NCBI GenBank assembly: GCA_000146045.2
Contig: BK006938.2
Span: forward strand, 896,001 to 960,000
Source of the DNA: TPA_inf: Saccharomyces
Lineage: Eukaryota
Length of the DNA stretch: 64,000 nucleotides
Reading direction: 5' to 3'
Positions within the stretch are counted from its first letter, which is position 1, and each line of letters starts with the position of its first letter. Below are positions 47,674 to 58,287 of the stretch, in pieces. Made by a program: the position numbers and the translations under genes. The notes under the pieces were generated by a model, which saw only the letters and a list, made by a program, of their open reading frames with translations, had not been told where the DNA came from and made no database searches.

Positions 47674-49152
47674 TCAATGTTCTAATATATTCAATATCAG
47701 CTCTAATGCTTTGACTATATATTCACCGACTCCACCAATACTAATAACGCGGATGGTACTTGGGTGAGGCGCCTGAGCAAAAATAGTGTAATTTGTTGTA
47801 TTTAAAGATTCAAGCCACATTTGTGACTCGTGAAGATTATTCAGATTCAATACGACGATATTACAATTTGTCTTTGATCGTAGATCATTTAGATTTTGAT
47901 AAACAATATCAATATAATTTTGTCTTGGACACCTAACGTATGTCTTTAGAATCTGATACGAAGACTTCTTTTTCACTGCATCCATAGAAGCTTTTATGGT
48001 ACCAATGCAATGTTGTTTGATTTCATCCTGCGTCATAAAACCCGGTTTATTACCTTCACTATACCTTCCGTCCTCAAAAGTTTTTGGCCCGGAATGACGA
48101 TTGGAAGAATTCAATACATTTGATGGCTTATTAACAGCGTGTCTCTGTGGTTGTGTTTGATATGAAGTTGCACCTGCTTCAATAGTTTGAGAAGAGGAAA
48201 TTGAATTTGAAGAGGGCGAATTCGATAAAGGTCTTTGTTGTCGTGGAAATTGATCTCCTTGAAGGCCACTTATTTCGTTATATGCCTTCATTTCAGAAAT
48301 ATGTTTAATCATTTGAGCTTTTGATGTTTCTATAATTGGCCTGGTTTTACTAATGTACGACTTTATATCAAACAAGCCATCGCCAATTAATGGAAGTTCG
48401 TAGAGGGCAAGTGATATCTGTGAATAAGTGCGGTTATATTCACGCTTAAAGTAGTTTATCACGTTAGCTTCACACTTGCCAAATTCTACTTGTGAAAAAA
48501 AATTAGAAAGCTCATTCATGAACTTACTTACATGACAAGCCTTAACTTGAAACTGTTGAAAATCTGGAACAACATTGAAACCAACTTCTACAATACTGGA
48601 TGAGGGCTGCTCTCTTCTATAGCTTGTTATTATATGGCCTCTACCAGTTTCTATATTCTTGGGCAAATAAAACGAACCTGTCAAGTTAATATTCTTAGGA
48701 ACTCTAAAGTATGATTTTTCGGATGGTGCCATCCATAATCGCTTCTGGAAAGCAAGCAGAACTGATAATACGAAGCAAGAGTCCAATATATTGAAGTCCT
48801 TCAAAACTATGTAGAAAAGCATGCCTTCATCTTTCTGCTCTTTCTGTGGATAACATCGTAATATATCCTTCGATATATACTTATGCAATTCATCCATGCA
48901 CTCGTCGAACTGTTGTTTATCTTCCGTTCTCATGGGGAGTATGAGCAGACTACCTTTTATGAATTGCCCTGCATTCTTCTTAGTCGACCTTATCCTATCT
49001 AGGTTTTTCCATATATCAAAAGATTGGAATGCTTCAGAATTACCGACCTTCCTTCTTTGGCCATCATTGGATGTCGTAGGATAATGTCCTTGTGAAAGTT
49101 GTCCCTTCGGCTTGGTATGATGATACGCTAATCCTCTCCTTCTTGGGCGCAT
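47674..49152 (-). CDS. SNU56: SNU56 U1 snRNP-specific protein, 492 aa
   Basis: Length and position match. ATG at 49150-49152. Confidence 0.8.
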
Positions 49153-49438
49153 GATACTAATATTTTTTGCTTATATTAGTCGAAGGGAAACTGTTTCTCA
49201 ACGTCAAACTTCTACTATAGTATATAATATAACTTTAATGTTTTCTACACTGCGATGCGCGCTGAAAATTCTAGCTCAAATAAAAAAAAGGTTACAACAA
49301 ACCAGTAGCAATCATGAGAATAAGAAATATGAAGAAGTAATTAAAGATCATGTTGGAGTAAAAATCCAAAATATCATCTGTTTATTAGCATTCGTGTTAG
49401 TAGTATATTATCAAATGCGGTGTAAGAAGATGACATAA
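49151..49438 (+). CDS. BUD26: Dubious ORF BUD26/YDR241W overlapping the SNU56 start and a delta LTR; probably non-coding
   Basis: A 95-aa ORF whose 3' part lies inside a Ty delta LTR remnant. Confidence 0.15.
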
Positions 49439-49673
49439 AGATTGAAAGACAGTCATCAAATGGAAGAGGAAATGCAACAACTCATGATGTAATAGGATAA
49501 TGTCACATAAAAAATGGAAGATGAGATTATAATATTATTACGTAAGAATACCGATCCTCTTTTGCGGGTTCTTATATCTCGGGGAGAGCTTCTAGTACAT
49601 TATTCATTCATAATATTATACCTTTACCAAGGATTGAATCCCAACAATCATCAAATTATTCACCCCTTTCTCA
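49360..49673 (+). mobile_element. Solo Ty1/Ty2 delta LTR (degenerate)
   Basis: Starts TGTTGGAGTAAAAATCCAAAATATCATC.... It contains ...TATATTATCAAATGCGGTGTAAGAAGATGACATAAAG... and ends ...GGATTGAATCCCAACAATCATCAAATTATTCACCCCTTTCTCA. These are close to the delta consensus termini TGTTGGAATA...TCTTCA. Confidence 0.75.
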
Positions 49674-49689
49674 GGTCACTGGTTTGAAG

Positions 49690-49790
49690 CAAGTAAACTA
49701 CATCTTCTTATACCGTATGCGATAATATACTAATAATATAAATACTACTAAATAGATGATGCTAGAATTCCATTAGAACTATAGTATACC
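49690..49790 (-). mobile_element. Truncated delta LTR fragment (inverted) with further unassigned LTR-like remnant sequence up to about 49950
   Basis: catcttcttataccgtatgcgataatatactaataatataaatactactaaatagatgatg is the reverse complement of the delta 5' region (TACTAGTATATTATCATATACGGTGTTAGAAGATG). Confidence 0.45.
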
Positions 49791-49954
49791 ATTTAAGTAT
49801 TTATATTGCTATTGTAATATCTTATGAAAAGTTAATGTTCATCTGTCCCAACAATCTCTAACAAGTACAAAGATGACACGAGTTATGAGGCGCTGTCATA
49901 GGAACCTCCAAACAAGTTTGATATTAATTATAAGAAACATATTTCAAGCCCTCG

Positions 49955-50295
49955 TGTTGTATTACGGGCTCGAGTAATACCGGAGTGTTTTGACAATCCT
50001 AATATAAACAGTCTTAGGGAAGTAACCAGTTGTCAAAACAGTTTATCAGATTAATTCACGGAATGTTACTTATCTTATATATTATATAAAATATGAATCA
50101 TACTAAGTGGTGGAAGCGCGGAATCTCGGATCTAAACTAATTGTTCAGGCATTTATACTTTTGGGTAGTTCAGCTAGGGAAGGACGGGTTTTGTCTCATG
50201 TTGTTCGTTTTGTTATAAGGTTGTTTCATATGTGTTTTATGAACGTTTAGGATGACGTATTGTCATACTGACGTATCTCATTTTGAGATACAACA
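49955..50295 (-). mobile_element. Solo Ty3 sigma LTR (~341 bp)
   Basis: The reverse complement begins TGTTGTATCTCAAAATGAGATACGTCAGTATGACAATACGTCATCCTAAACGTTCATAAAACACATATGAAACAACC... and ends ...CTCGAGCCCGTAATACAACA. It ends 16 bp upstream of the tRNA mature 5' end, the characteristic Ty3 integration position. Confidence 0.9.
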
Positions 50296-50311
50296 CCTCG
50301 CAAGAAATCGA

Positions 50312-50400
50312 CTCTCGGTAGCCAAGTTGGTTTAAGGCGCAAGACTGTAATTTATCACTACGAAATCTTGAGATCGGGCGTTCGACTCGCCCCCGGGAGA
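50312..50400 (+). tRNA. tY(GUA): tRNA-Tyr (anticodon GUA at 50347-50349) with a 14-nt intron (50351-50364)
   Basis: CTCTCGGTAGCCAAGTTGGTTTAAGGCGCAAGACTGTAA[tttatcactacgaa]ATCTTGAGATCGGGCGTTCGACTCGCCCCCGGGAGA. This is the textbook yeast tRNA-Tyr with A box TAGCCAAGTTGG and B box GGTTCGACTC; the 3' CCA is not encoded. Confidence 0.95.
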
Positions 50401-50407
50401 TTTTTTT
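50401..50407 (+). terminator. Pol III terminator T7 run immediately after tRNA-Tyr
   Basis: gagaTTTTTTTatg. Confidence 0.85.
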
Positions 50408-50626
50408 ATGTCAAGCACCTACTTTTAGCCGGCTTTCTGGAGATAAGTTCCCAGTAGTCGTTGTATTTGATTCTCTATTGGATAGTCAATGACACATTCG
50501 TGACCGAACAATGAGATATTATTGAGTACCGGGAGTATTATGTGTCATAATTTGTAGTATTATCTGTGTGACGGATTAAGTTTGCTATCTCAAATGCCGC
50601 GCGCGCGAATTGCTCATGATATAATA

Positions 50627-50680
50627 ATAGCTAATAATATGATAATATGATAATAATAGATAAGATTACTGATAACATTA
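50627..50680. promoter_or_regulatory. Cluster of GATA motifs (4x GATAA/GATAAG plus GATAT) about 130-180 bp upstream of AMD2; candidate Gln3/Gat1 UAS-NTR
   Basis: gatataataatagctaataatatgataatatgataataatagataagattactgataac. A TATATATAG box follows at about 50705-50713. Confidence 0.4.
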
Positions 50681-50806
50681 TTTTAGTATTCAAAAGCGTA
50701 TTACATATATATAGTCGAGTAAATACTTTTTTTTCAATGGGGAGTGGAAGGGACAGCCGCTCTGACCTGTTATTAACGACAGACAACACGGTACCAAAGT
50801 TATACA

Positions 50807-52456
50807 ATGACTGTGCACTCAACGTGGAAGGAAAAAGTTCAATTAAAAAAAGATCAACTGAACAGTAAGATAAAAGACGAATGGAAATTAAACAGCACAA
50901 CTATAACGAGGTTGAAGAACGATAAAAAAAATTTAATCAAGAATATCGATGATTTATGCTCATCTTCAGAAAATCAGATCACCCACTCCACGATTATGGC
51001 CTTGAGACAGGCACTGGAAGCAAAAGAGTTAAGCTGCCATGAAATAACAGCTGCATTTTGTCATAGGGCTGCTTTAATTCATCAAGTAGTGAATTGTCTA
51101 TCCGAAATCATGTTTTCAGAGGCATTGAGATTGGCTGACTATTACGACAGCAATAGACCAGCCATATTGCCACCCTTGTACGGTATACCGATATCTCTCA
51201 AAGACCAATGTAACGTTGAGGGTGTAGACACCTCACTGGGTTATTTATGTCGAACTTTCAAACCAAAAACCAAGAATGAAGAATCATTGATTGTCAGTTT
51301 TCTGAGAGATTTAGGAGCTATTATATTTGTAAAAACCACCGTACCTTCATCGATGATGGCTACAGATACACAATCTAACACCTTTGGGTACACATATAAT
51401 AGTATTAATTTAAGCTTCTCCAGTGGTGGATCTTCTGGTGGAGAGGGTTCGTTAATTGGTGCTCATGGTTCCTTGCTGGGACTAGGAACTGATATAGGCG
51501 GAAGCATCAGAATTCCTAGTAGTTACCAAGGATTATTTGGTTTGAAACCAACTTTTGGACGCGTCCCTTACTTGAGGGTGGATAATTCATTTGAGGGAAG
51601 GGAAACAATTCCCAGTGTAATTGGGCCGTTGGCAAGAGATCTTTCGGATTTGAGATACTTCATGAGTTGCGTTATCAACATCTGTCAACCATGGGTACAA
51701 GACGTCAAGTGTATTCCATACCATTTTGATTCCTCTACAAGTAAATTACACGATAATTATGTTGTTGGAATATGGTATGGTGACGGCGTTATTGATCCTC
51801 CGCCCAGTGACATCAGGGCTTTAAAGACGTGCGAAGACCTAGTTAATAAAACTAAAGGAATGAAGGCAGTTAAATGGGAGCCTTCCAGTGAACTGAGCAG
51901 GGAATTGTTTGATCTCGCAAATGAAGCAGATGTTGCTGACTCAGGTAACGAGATAAAAAACGAATTCGAAATTTCCGGAGAACCACTCCTAGATATTTTA
52001 AAACCAATGGTTTTGGAAAACGGAAGGCCCCCATATACTGTTAATGAATGGTGGGATTTGACCAAAAGAGTTTATAATGCACAACAATTAATGAGAGATT
52101 ATTACCTTTCTTTCCCGGAATCAGAAAGGCCTGATGTTATCATATCTCCTACAACGCTGATGCCATTTAGGCCTGGTGACATGCTAAAGACAACTTTACG
52201 ATACATTTTACTATTCAACGTTTTAAATTTCCCATCATTATCTATACCTGTAGGTAGTGTCGATTGCCAAATTGATGGGCTAATGGATACCACTTCTGCG
52301 CTCAATCCAGAAGATAAAATGATCAAAACATATTGGAATGATTTAATACAATCTGGTGAGATAGATGGGTTTCCAATAGGCCTACAAGTAGTTAGCCCGA
52401 CTTTCAATGACAATGAAGTTTGTAAATTTGCGTCTTGGCTTTTTAGCAAAATATAG
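50807..52456 (+). CDS. AMD2: AMD2 putative amidase (amidase signature family), 549 aa
   Basis: Amidase signature with the Gly/Ser-rich GGSSGGEGSLIGAHGSLLGLGTDIGGSIRIPS motif and the catalytic Ser-cisSer-Lys context. Confidence 0.88.
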   Translation: MTVHSTWKEKVQLKKDQLNSKIKDEWKLNSTTITRLKNDKKNLIKNIDDLCSSSENQITHSTIMALRQALEAKELSCHEITAAFCHRAALIHQVVNCLSEIMFSEALRLADYYDSNRPAILPPLYGIPISLKDQCNVEGVDTSLGYLCRTFKPKTKNEESLIVSFLRDLGAIIFVKTTVPSSMMATDTQSNTFGYTYNSINLSFSSGGSSGGEGSLIGAHGSLLGLGTDIGGSIRIPSSYQGLFGLKPTFGRVPYLRVDNSFEGRETIPSVIGPLARDLSDLRYFMSCVINICQPWVQDVKCIPYHFDSSTSKLHDNYVVGIWYGDGVIDPPPSDIRALKTCEDLVNKTKGMKAVKWEPSSELSRELFDLANEADVADSGNEIKNEFEISGEPLLDILKPMVLENGRPPYTVNEWWDLTKRVYNAQQLMRDYYLSFPESERPDVIISPTTLMPFRPGDMLKTTLRYILLFNVLNFPSLSIPVGSVDCQIDGLMDTTSALNPEDKMIKTYWNDLIQSGEIDGFPIGLQVVSPTFNDNEVCKFASWLFSKI

Positions 52457-52517
52457 ACAATAACTTGAAAGTTGAGATCTTGGGTCCATCAAAAAAAAGA
52501 AAGAAAATAATATAACT

Positions 52518-54284
52518 TTAATATATAATCTCATTACTGAGCTGTTTGCCGACGTTATATTTGTTCTTTACGGCTTCGGAAAAGATATTGCTATTCAAGG
52601 GATCATGTTTCCTGACGTATTTGTAAAGTTCACGTATCAATGATTCATCTTCAGCGGCACTAACAAAGGAGACAGCAGTGCCCTCATTTGCTGCACGACC
52701 TGTTCTACCAATTCTATGGATGTAGTCATCCATTTTTTTGGAAATCTGGAAATTGACTACCAAGGAAACATTAGGGATATCCAATCCTCTTGCGGCAACG
52801 TTTGTTGCGATCATGATTTGGACTTTGTTGGTGCGAAATAATTGCAAAGAATGTTCCCTTTGCTCTTGCGATTTAGAACCATGTAAAATCGTCACCTTCA
52901 TGTTGGTTTCCTTTTGAAACTTTTCTGCTAACCAATCAGCAGTTTGTTTGTAATTGATAAAAATTATTATTGGTGGATCATATTTAGCGACAATTGGCTT
53001 CAACTTTTTGAATTTGTCTTCGTCATTATCTGCATATTCCACAACCTGTTGAATCAAAGGTTCAGAACCCGTCTCAACCCCAATGGTTGCATAAACAGGC
53101 TTTTGCATGTATCCTGCTGCAATTTTTTCTATAACGGGTGTCATTGTAGCGGTAAACATCAGGGTTTGTCTATTCACAGCAGAGTCAGCATTTATATCGA
53201 CTTTAGTTAAAATGTTTGTTACTTGGTCCTCAAAACCTAAATCAATCATTTTGTCAGCTTCATCTAGTACTAATGTCTCCACCTGTTTCATCACAAGTAA
53301 GTGATTTTCTAAAGAGTCAATTAAACGTCCTGGAGTGGCCACCAGGATGTCACAACCCTCCGATAGAGAAAATGAAATTTCCTCCAAGGAGTGTCCACCA
53401 ACAATAGAAATTACTTTGCAGTCATAGTTGCTCTCTTTGGACCATATTTTTGTAACTTTTTGTGTTTCTTTTTGAATTTGCTGCACTAATTCCCTTGTTG
53501 GAGCTAAAATTAACGCTTTGGGGCCATCAATAATCTTCAAAGATGGTGGCCTTGGAGGTGACCTACTCATCTTGATTAGTATCGGTATTACAAAGGCCAA
53601 AGTCTTACCCGAACCTGTAGAGGCAACACCAAGAAAATCTCTATATTGTTTCATATTGCAAACGTTTGGAATAGTAATCCTTTGAATAGGAGTTGGTGAA
53701 GGAAATCGCAGCTCCTGTATAATAACACGTAACAAGTCCCTTGGTATTATATTGAGCTCTTCCCAATTTCTCAATGGATTTTCTACTGTCCCACCTTTTG
53801 TAACAATAGCGTAGTCTTCTTTTAGTATCCTCCAATCTCTCTCATTCATTTCGTGCAAGGACTTCTCAGTCCAATGCTTCCCCATATATGAAGATTCTGC
53901 AGCATTTTTAGGAGTCTTTCCCTTCCATAGCAAATCTATAGCTCTAGTTGAAACGATAGGATCATATCCGCTCAGAGTATCTTCGCTTTCATTCCAAGAA
54001 AAGTGAAATTTAGAGCCATTTTGCTTTGATGGATTTCTCTTCTTATCATTTGTTTCATTGAAAAAACTGTCATCTCTAGAGTTTACCTTTTTAATCTCCA
54101 CCTTAGCGCTATCACTTTGCGTAGGCGTCAAACTCTCTTCGTTCTCCTTCAAACGTTCTTGCTTAGATCTTTCTTGTTTATTCAAAAACCTAGGCTTGCT
54201 GATTTTACCTGATGTATTTTCATCTAGTCCTTTTTTCTTGTTTATACCAGCAATCAGCTGACTAACATCGATTGGTCTTGCCAT
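52518..54284 (-). CDS. PRP28: PRP28 DEAD-box RNA helicase (U5 snRNP), 588 aa
   Basis: Q-motif, motif I GVASTGSGKT, DEAD (VLDEADKM), SAT (TAT variant), and HRIGRTGR motif VI. Confidence 0.9.
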   Translation of the reverse strand: MARPIDVSQLIAGINKKKGLDENTSGKISKPRFLNKQERSKQERLKENEESLTPTQSDSAKVEIKKVNSRDDSFFNETNDKKRNPSKQNGSKFHFSWNESEDTLSGYDPIVSTRAIDLLWKGKTPKNAAESSYMGKHWTEKSLHEMNERDWRILKEDYAIVTKGGTVENPLRNWEELNIIPRDLLRVIIQELRFPSPTPIQRITIPNVCNMKQYRDFLGVASTGSGKTLAFVIPILIKMSRSPPRPPSLKIIDGPKALILAPTRELVQQIQKETQKVTKIWSKESNYDCKVISIVGGHSLEEISFSLSEGCDILVATPGRLIDSLENHLLVMKQVETLVLDEADKMIDLGFEDQVTNILTKVDINADSAVNRQTLMFTATMTPVIEKIAAGYMQKPVYATIGVETGSEPLIQQVVEYADNDEDKFKKLKPIVAKYDPPIIIFINYKQTADWLAEKFQKETNMKVTILHGSKSQEQREHSLQLFRTNKVQIMIATNVAARGLDIPNVSLVVNFQISKKMDDYIHRIGRTGRAANEGTAVSFVSAAEDESLIRELYKYVRKHDPLNSNIFSEAVKNKYNVGKQLSNEIIY

Positions 54285-54562
54285 CCGTCCTGTATGTTAA
54301 TTCTTCGGCTCCTATTGACCTTTTCGTTGTCAAAAATTCTATTGTCGTTGGTAATTCTCTCGATTGTAAGCTTCGAATATGTAAAAACGGATCATCGCGA
54401 TTAACTCCGAATTCCTCCGACAAGTCGGTACCCTCTTCCGGCGGAGAATATATATGAACAAAATTAAGCATAAGAAAGGTTTCTGATTAATATTGATTCA
54501 CCAAACAGTTTTAGTTCCTATTTTTGGATATATATACATCAATAAACAATATATCATAACAC

Positions 54563-56401
54563 ATGGACGTAGGAAGTTGCTCAGTGGGAAATAATCCGCT
54601 TGCGCAGTTGCACAAACATACTCAGCAGAACAAATCGCTTCAGTTTAATCAGAAGAATAATGGGCGTCTTAATGAGTCACCTCTACAGGGTACCAACAAG
54701 CCAGGTATTAGTGAGGCTTTTATATCCAATGTTAATGCTATTTCACAAGAAAACATGGCGAATATGCAAAGGTTCATAAACGGAGAACCACTGATCGATG
54801 ATAAAAGAAGAATGGAAATAGGGCCATCCTCAGGCAGGCTTCCACCTTTTTCAAACGTACATTCTCTACAGACTTCAGCAAACCCAACCCAAATTAAGGG
54901 AGTGAACGATATATCTCATTGGTCACAGGAATTTCAAGGTAGTAATAGTATTCAAAATAGAAACGCGGATACAGGAAATTCAGAAAAGGCATGGCAGCGT
55001 GGCTCAACAACCGCATCAAGCCGGTTTCAGTACCCTAATACCATGATGAATAACTATGCTTATGCTTCTATGAACAGTCTTAGTGGATCAAGGCTCCAAT
55101 CGCCTGCTTTCATGAATCAACAACAGTCTGGTCGTTCTAAAGAAGGAGTCAATGAGCAAGAACAACAACCCTGGACAGATCAGTTTGAAAAGCTGGAAAA
55201 AGAAGTCTCAGAAAACTTGGACATAAATGATGAAATAGAGAAGGAGGAAAATGTGAGTGAAGTAGAACAAAACAAACCAGAAACTGTTGAGAAGGAAGAA
55301 GGAGTATATGGAGATCAGTATCAATCTGATTTCCAAGAAGTGTGGGATAGCATACACAAGGACGCTGAAGAAGTCTTGCCATCCGAATTAGTTAATGATG
55401 ACCTCAATCTAGGAGAAGACTACTTGAAATATCTCGGCGGTAGAGTAAATGGGAACATCGAGTATGCTTTTCAATCTAACAACGAATATTTTAATAATCC
55501 TAATGCTTATAAAATTGGCTGCCTACTGATGGAAAACGGAGCCAAATTGAGCGAGGCAGCGCTAGCATTTGAAGCTGCTGTTAAAGAAAAACCGGACCAT
55601 GTGGATGCATGGCTAAGATTGGGTCTAGTACAAACCCAGAATGAAAAAGAGTTGAACGGCATAAGCGCCCTCGAAGAATGTTTAAAGTTAGACCCAAAGA
55701 ATCTGGAGGCAATGAAAACTTTAGCGATAAGTTATATAAACGAAGGTTATGATATGAGCGCCTTCACAATGCTGGATAAATGGGCAGAAACTAAGTACCC
55801 GGAAATTTGGTCAAGGATCAAGCAACAAGATGACAAATTTCAAAAAGAGAAAGGGTTTACCCATATTGATATGAACGCTCATATCACAAAGCAATTTTTG
55901 CAACTAGCAAACAATTTAAGCACAATAGATCCTGAAATACAACTATGCTTGGGTCTCTTATTTTACACGAAAGATGATTTTGACAAAACCATAGATTGCT
56001 TTGAAAGTGCGTTGAGGGTGAATCCTAATGACGAACTCATGTGGAATAGATTAGGGGCTTCATTGGCCAATTCCAATAGATCAGAGGAAGCAATCCAAGC
56101 CTATCATAGGGCACTACAACTAAAACCTTCTTTTGTTAGAGCTCGCTATAATCTGGCGGTATCATCCATGAATATAGGCTGTTTCAAAGAAGCAGCAGGC
56201 TACTTATTAAGTGTTCTAAGTATGCATGAAGTGAACACTAATAATAAAAAAGGAGACGTTGGATCTCTCTTGAATACGTACAATGATACTGTTATAGAGA
56301 CTTTGAAGAGAGTTTTTATAGCGATGAATAGAGATGATTTACTTCAAGAAGTGAAGCCAGGCATGGACCTGAAAAGATTTAAAGGAGAATTTTCGTTTTG
56401 A
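54563..56401 (+). CDS. PEX5: PEX5 peroxisomal PTS1 receptor, 612 aa
   Basis: The N-terminal region carries WxxxF/Y motifs (WQRGS..., WSQEF). The C-terminal half consists of TPR repeats. Confidence 0.88.
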   Translation: MDVGSCSVGNNPLAQLHKHTQQNKSLQFNQKNNGRLNESPLQGTNKPGISEAFISNVNAISQENMANMQRFINGEPLIDDKRRMEIGPSSGRLPPFSNVHSLQTSANPTQIKGVNDISHWSQEFQGSNSIQNRNADTGNSEKAWQRGSTTASSRFQYPNTMMNNYAYASMNSLSGSRLQSPAFMNQQQSGRSKEGVNEQEQQPWTDQFEKLEKEVSENLDINDEIEKEENVSEVEQNKPETVEKEEGVYGDQYQSDFQEVWDSIHKDAEEVLPSELVNDDLNLGEDYLKYLGGRVNGNIEYAFQSNNEYFNNPNAYKIGCLLMENGAKLSEAALAFEAAVKEKPDHVDAWLRLGLVQTQNEKELNGISALEECLKLDPKNLEAMKTLAISYINEGYDMSAFTMLDKWAETKYPEIWSRIKQQDDKFQKEKGFTHIDMNAHITKQFLQLANNLSTIDPEIQLCLGLLFYTKDDFDKTIDCFESALRVNPNDELMWNRLGASLANSNRSEEAIQAYHRALQLKPSFVRARYNLAVSSMNIGCFKEAAGYLLSVLSMHEVNTNNKKGDVGSLLNTYNDTVIETLKRVFIAMNRDDLLQEVKPGMDLKRFKGEFSF

Positions 56402-56799
56402 TATGGTTCTCCGCAATTTTATGTTCTCGCATCACTGCCCAAATTCATTAGCATTAGCAGTACAAGCTATCCTATATATAAGGCAATAAAAAATCTTATA
56501 AATACTATCAGCAAGATTTCAACCTTGGAAAACATGCATTCAAAGGTCATAATTGCTGCTCTATTTACAGTCGTCCATAATGACATTTCTCTTTGATTAT
56601 TTTCTTGTTTTTTCGCTCTTCTCAAGTGGATGTTACATAACAAACAAAACAGAAAAAATTGTTTAAATATAAAGTTTAAAAGTTATCTTTGATTCCGCAC
56701 CTGAATTTTTGGATTGAAGGCCAAAGGAGGTTTATCAGGGAGAGAAAAGCTCTCTATTTATTTTTATAAGGAATAATTGTGCATGTACAACTATACAAT

Positions 56800-57981
56800 A
56801 TGTCTAGTGTACCTTATAATTCCCAACTTCCTATATCCAACCATCTAGAGTACGATGAAGATGAAAAGAAGAGCAGAGGCTCAAAACTAGGCCTGAAATA
56901 TAAAATGATATACTGGAGGAAAACTTTATGCAGTTCGCTAGCGAGATGGAGAAAGCTAATACTATTAATATCTTTAGCTTTGTTTTTATTCATATGGATA
57001 AGCGATTCCACCATAAGCAGAAATCCATCTACCACAAGTTTTCAAGGCCAAAATAGTAACGATAATAAGTTGAGTAATACTGGTTCTAGCATCAACTCCA
57101 AAAGATATGTACCACCATATTCTAAGAGATCAAGATGGTCGTTTTGGAATCAAGATCCTAGGATTGTCATTATATTAGCGGCAAACGAAGGTGGTGGTGT
57201 ATTGAGGTGGAAAAATGAGCAAGAATGGGCTATCGAAGGCATATCAATAGAAAATAAGAAGGCCTATGCGAAGAGACATGGATATGCGTTGACTATCAAG
57301 GATTTGACAACGTCCAAAAGATACTCTCACGAATACAGAGAGGGTTGGCAAAAAGTAGATATATTGAGACAGACGTTCAGGGAGTTTCCTAATGCAGAAT
57401 GGTTCTGGTGGTTGGACCTGGATACTATGATAATGGAGCCTTCTAAATCATTAGAAGAACATATTTTCGACAGATTGGAAACTCTGGCTGACAGAGAATT
57501 GAAAAGTTTTAATCCCCTAAACCTAAGAGACGACATACCCTATGTCGATTATTCAGAGGAAATGGAGTTTCTAATAACACAAGATTGTGGAGGCTTCAAT
57601 TTGGGCTCATTTCTGATAAAAAATAGCGAATGGTCTAAGCTGCTTCTAGATATGTGGTGGGACCCCGTTCTGTATGAACAAAAACATATGGTTTGGGAAC
57701 ATAGAGAACAAGATGCGTTAGAGGCATTATATGAAAACGAACCGTGGATTCGTTCGAGAATAGGATTTTTGCCCTTAAGAACGATCAATGCATTCCCACC
57801 GGGAGCATGCTCTGAATACAGTGGTGACTCAAGATACTTTTACAGTGAGAAAGACCATGATTTTGTTGTGAATATGGCCGGATGCAATTTTGGCAGAGAT
57901 TGCTGGGGCGAGATGCAGTACTACACCACTTTAATGGAAAAACTGAATAGGAAATGGTACACGAGATTTTTCTTCCCATAA
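56800..57981 (+). CDS. MNN10: MNN10 Golgi alpha-1,6-mannosyltransferase subunit (GT34), 393 aa
   Basis: Type II membrane topology (TM LILLISLALFLFIWI), a GT34 galactosyl/mannosyl transferase core and a DxD-like motif. ATG at 56800; the track start is a non-ATG extension. Confidence 0.85.
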   Translation: MSSVPYNSQLPISNHLEYDEDEKKSRGSKLGLKYKMIYWRKTLCSSLARWRKLILLISLALFLFIWISDSTISRNPSTTSFQGQNSNDNKLSNTGSSINSKRYVPPYSKRSRWSFWNQDPRIVIILAANEGGGVLRWKNEQEWAIEGISIENKKAYAKRHGYALTIKDLTTSKRYSHEYREGWQKVDILRQTFREFPNAEWFWWLDLDTMIMEPSKSLEEHIFDRLETLADRELKSFNPLNLRDDIPYVDYSEEMEFLITQDCGGFNLGSFLIKNSEWSKLLLDMWWDPVLYEQKHMVWEHREQDALEALYENEPWIRSRIGFLPLRTINAFPPGACSEYSGDSRYFYSEKDHDFVVNMAGCNFGRDCWGEMQYYTTLMEKLNRKWYTRFFFP

Positions 57982-58287
57982 AATGGAAGTTATCAATATT
58001 GTAAAGAGAAGCATTTACAAGCTTTTATTTTTCTTTTTAATTTCCACTACTGGTTCTGCTTTAAAATGTTGTTTTATAATTTATGTACATTTAGGCCTAT
58101 AGAAGATTCTTTCAATAATATGCTACACATTCTTTTATTTTTCCATCATATGTTGGAGTTTATGCCTCCTCGGCAGGAGTTGGGCGGTGCGAAGAGAAGA
58201 AAAAGAGTGAAACTAAAAAAAGGAATCTGCCTTTGCATAAGTTCAAAAGTGCAATTTTAGTGTTGGATTTAAACGGGAAAAATTGAA

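Noticed and set aside
50597-50607. A (CG)5 alternating run that could form Z-DNA
   Set aside because: It is too short to call by itself and occurs by chance at this scale. It is mentioned only as context for the AMD2 promoter.
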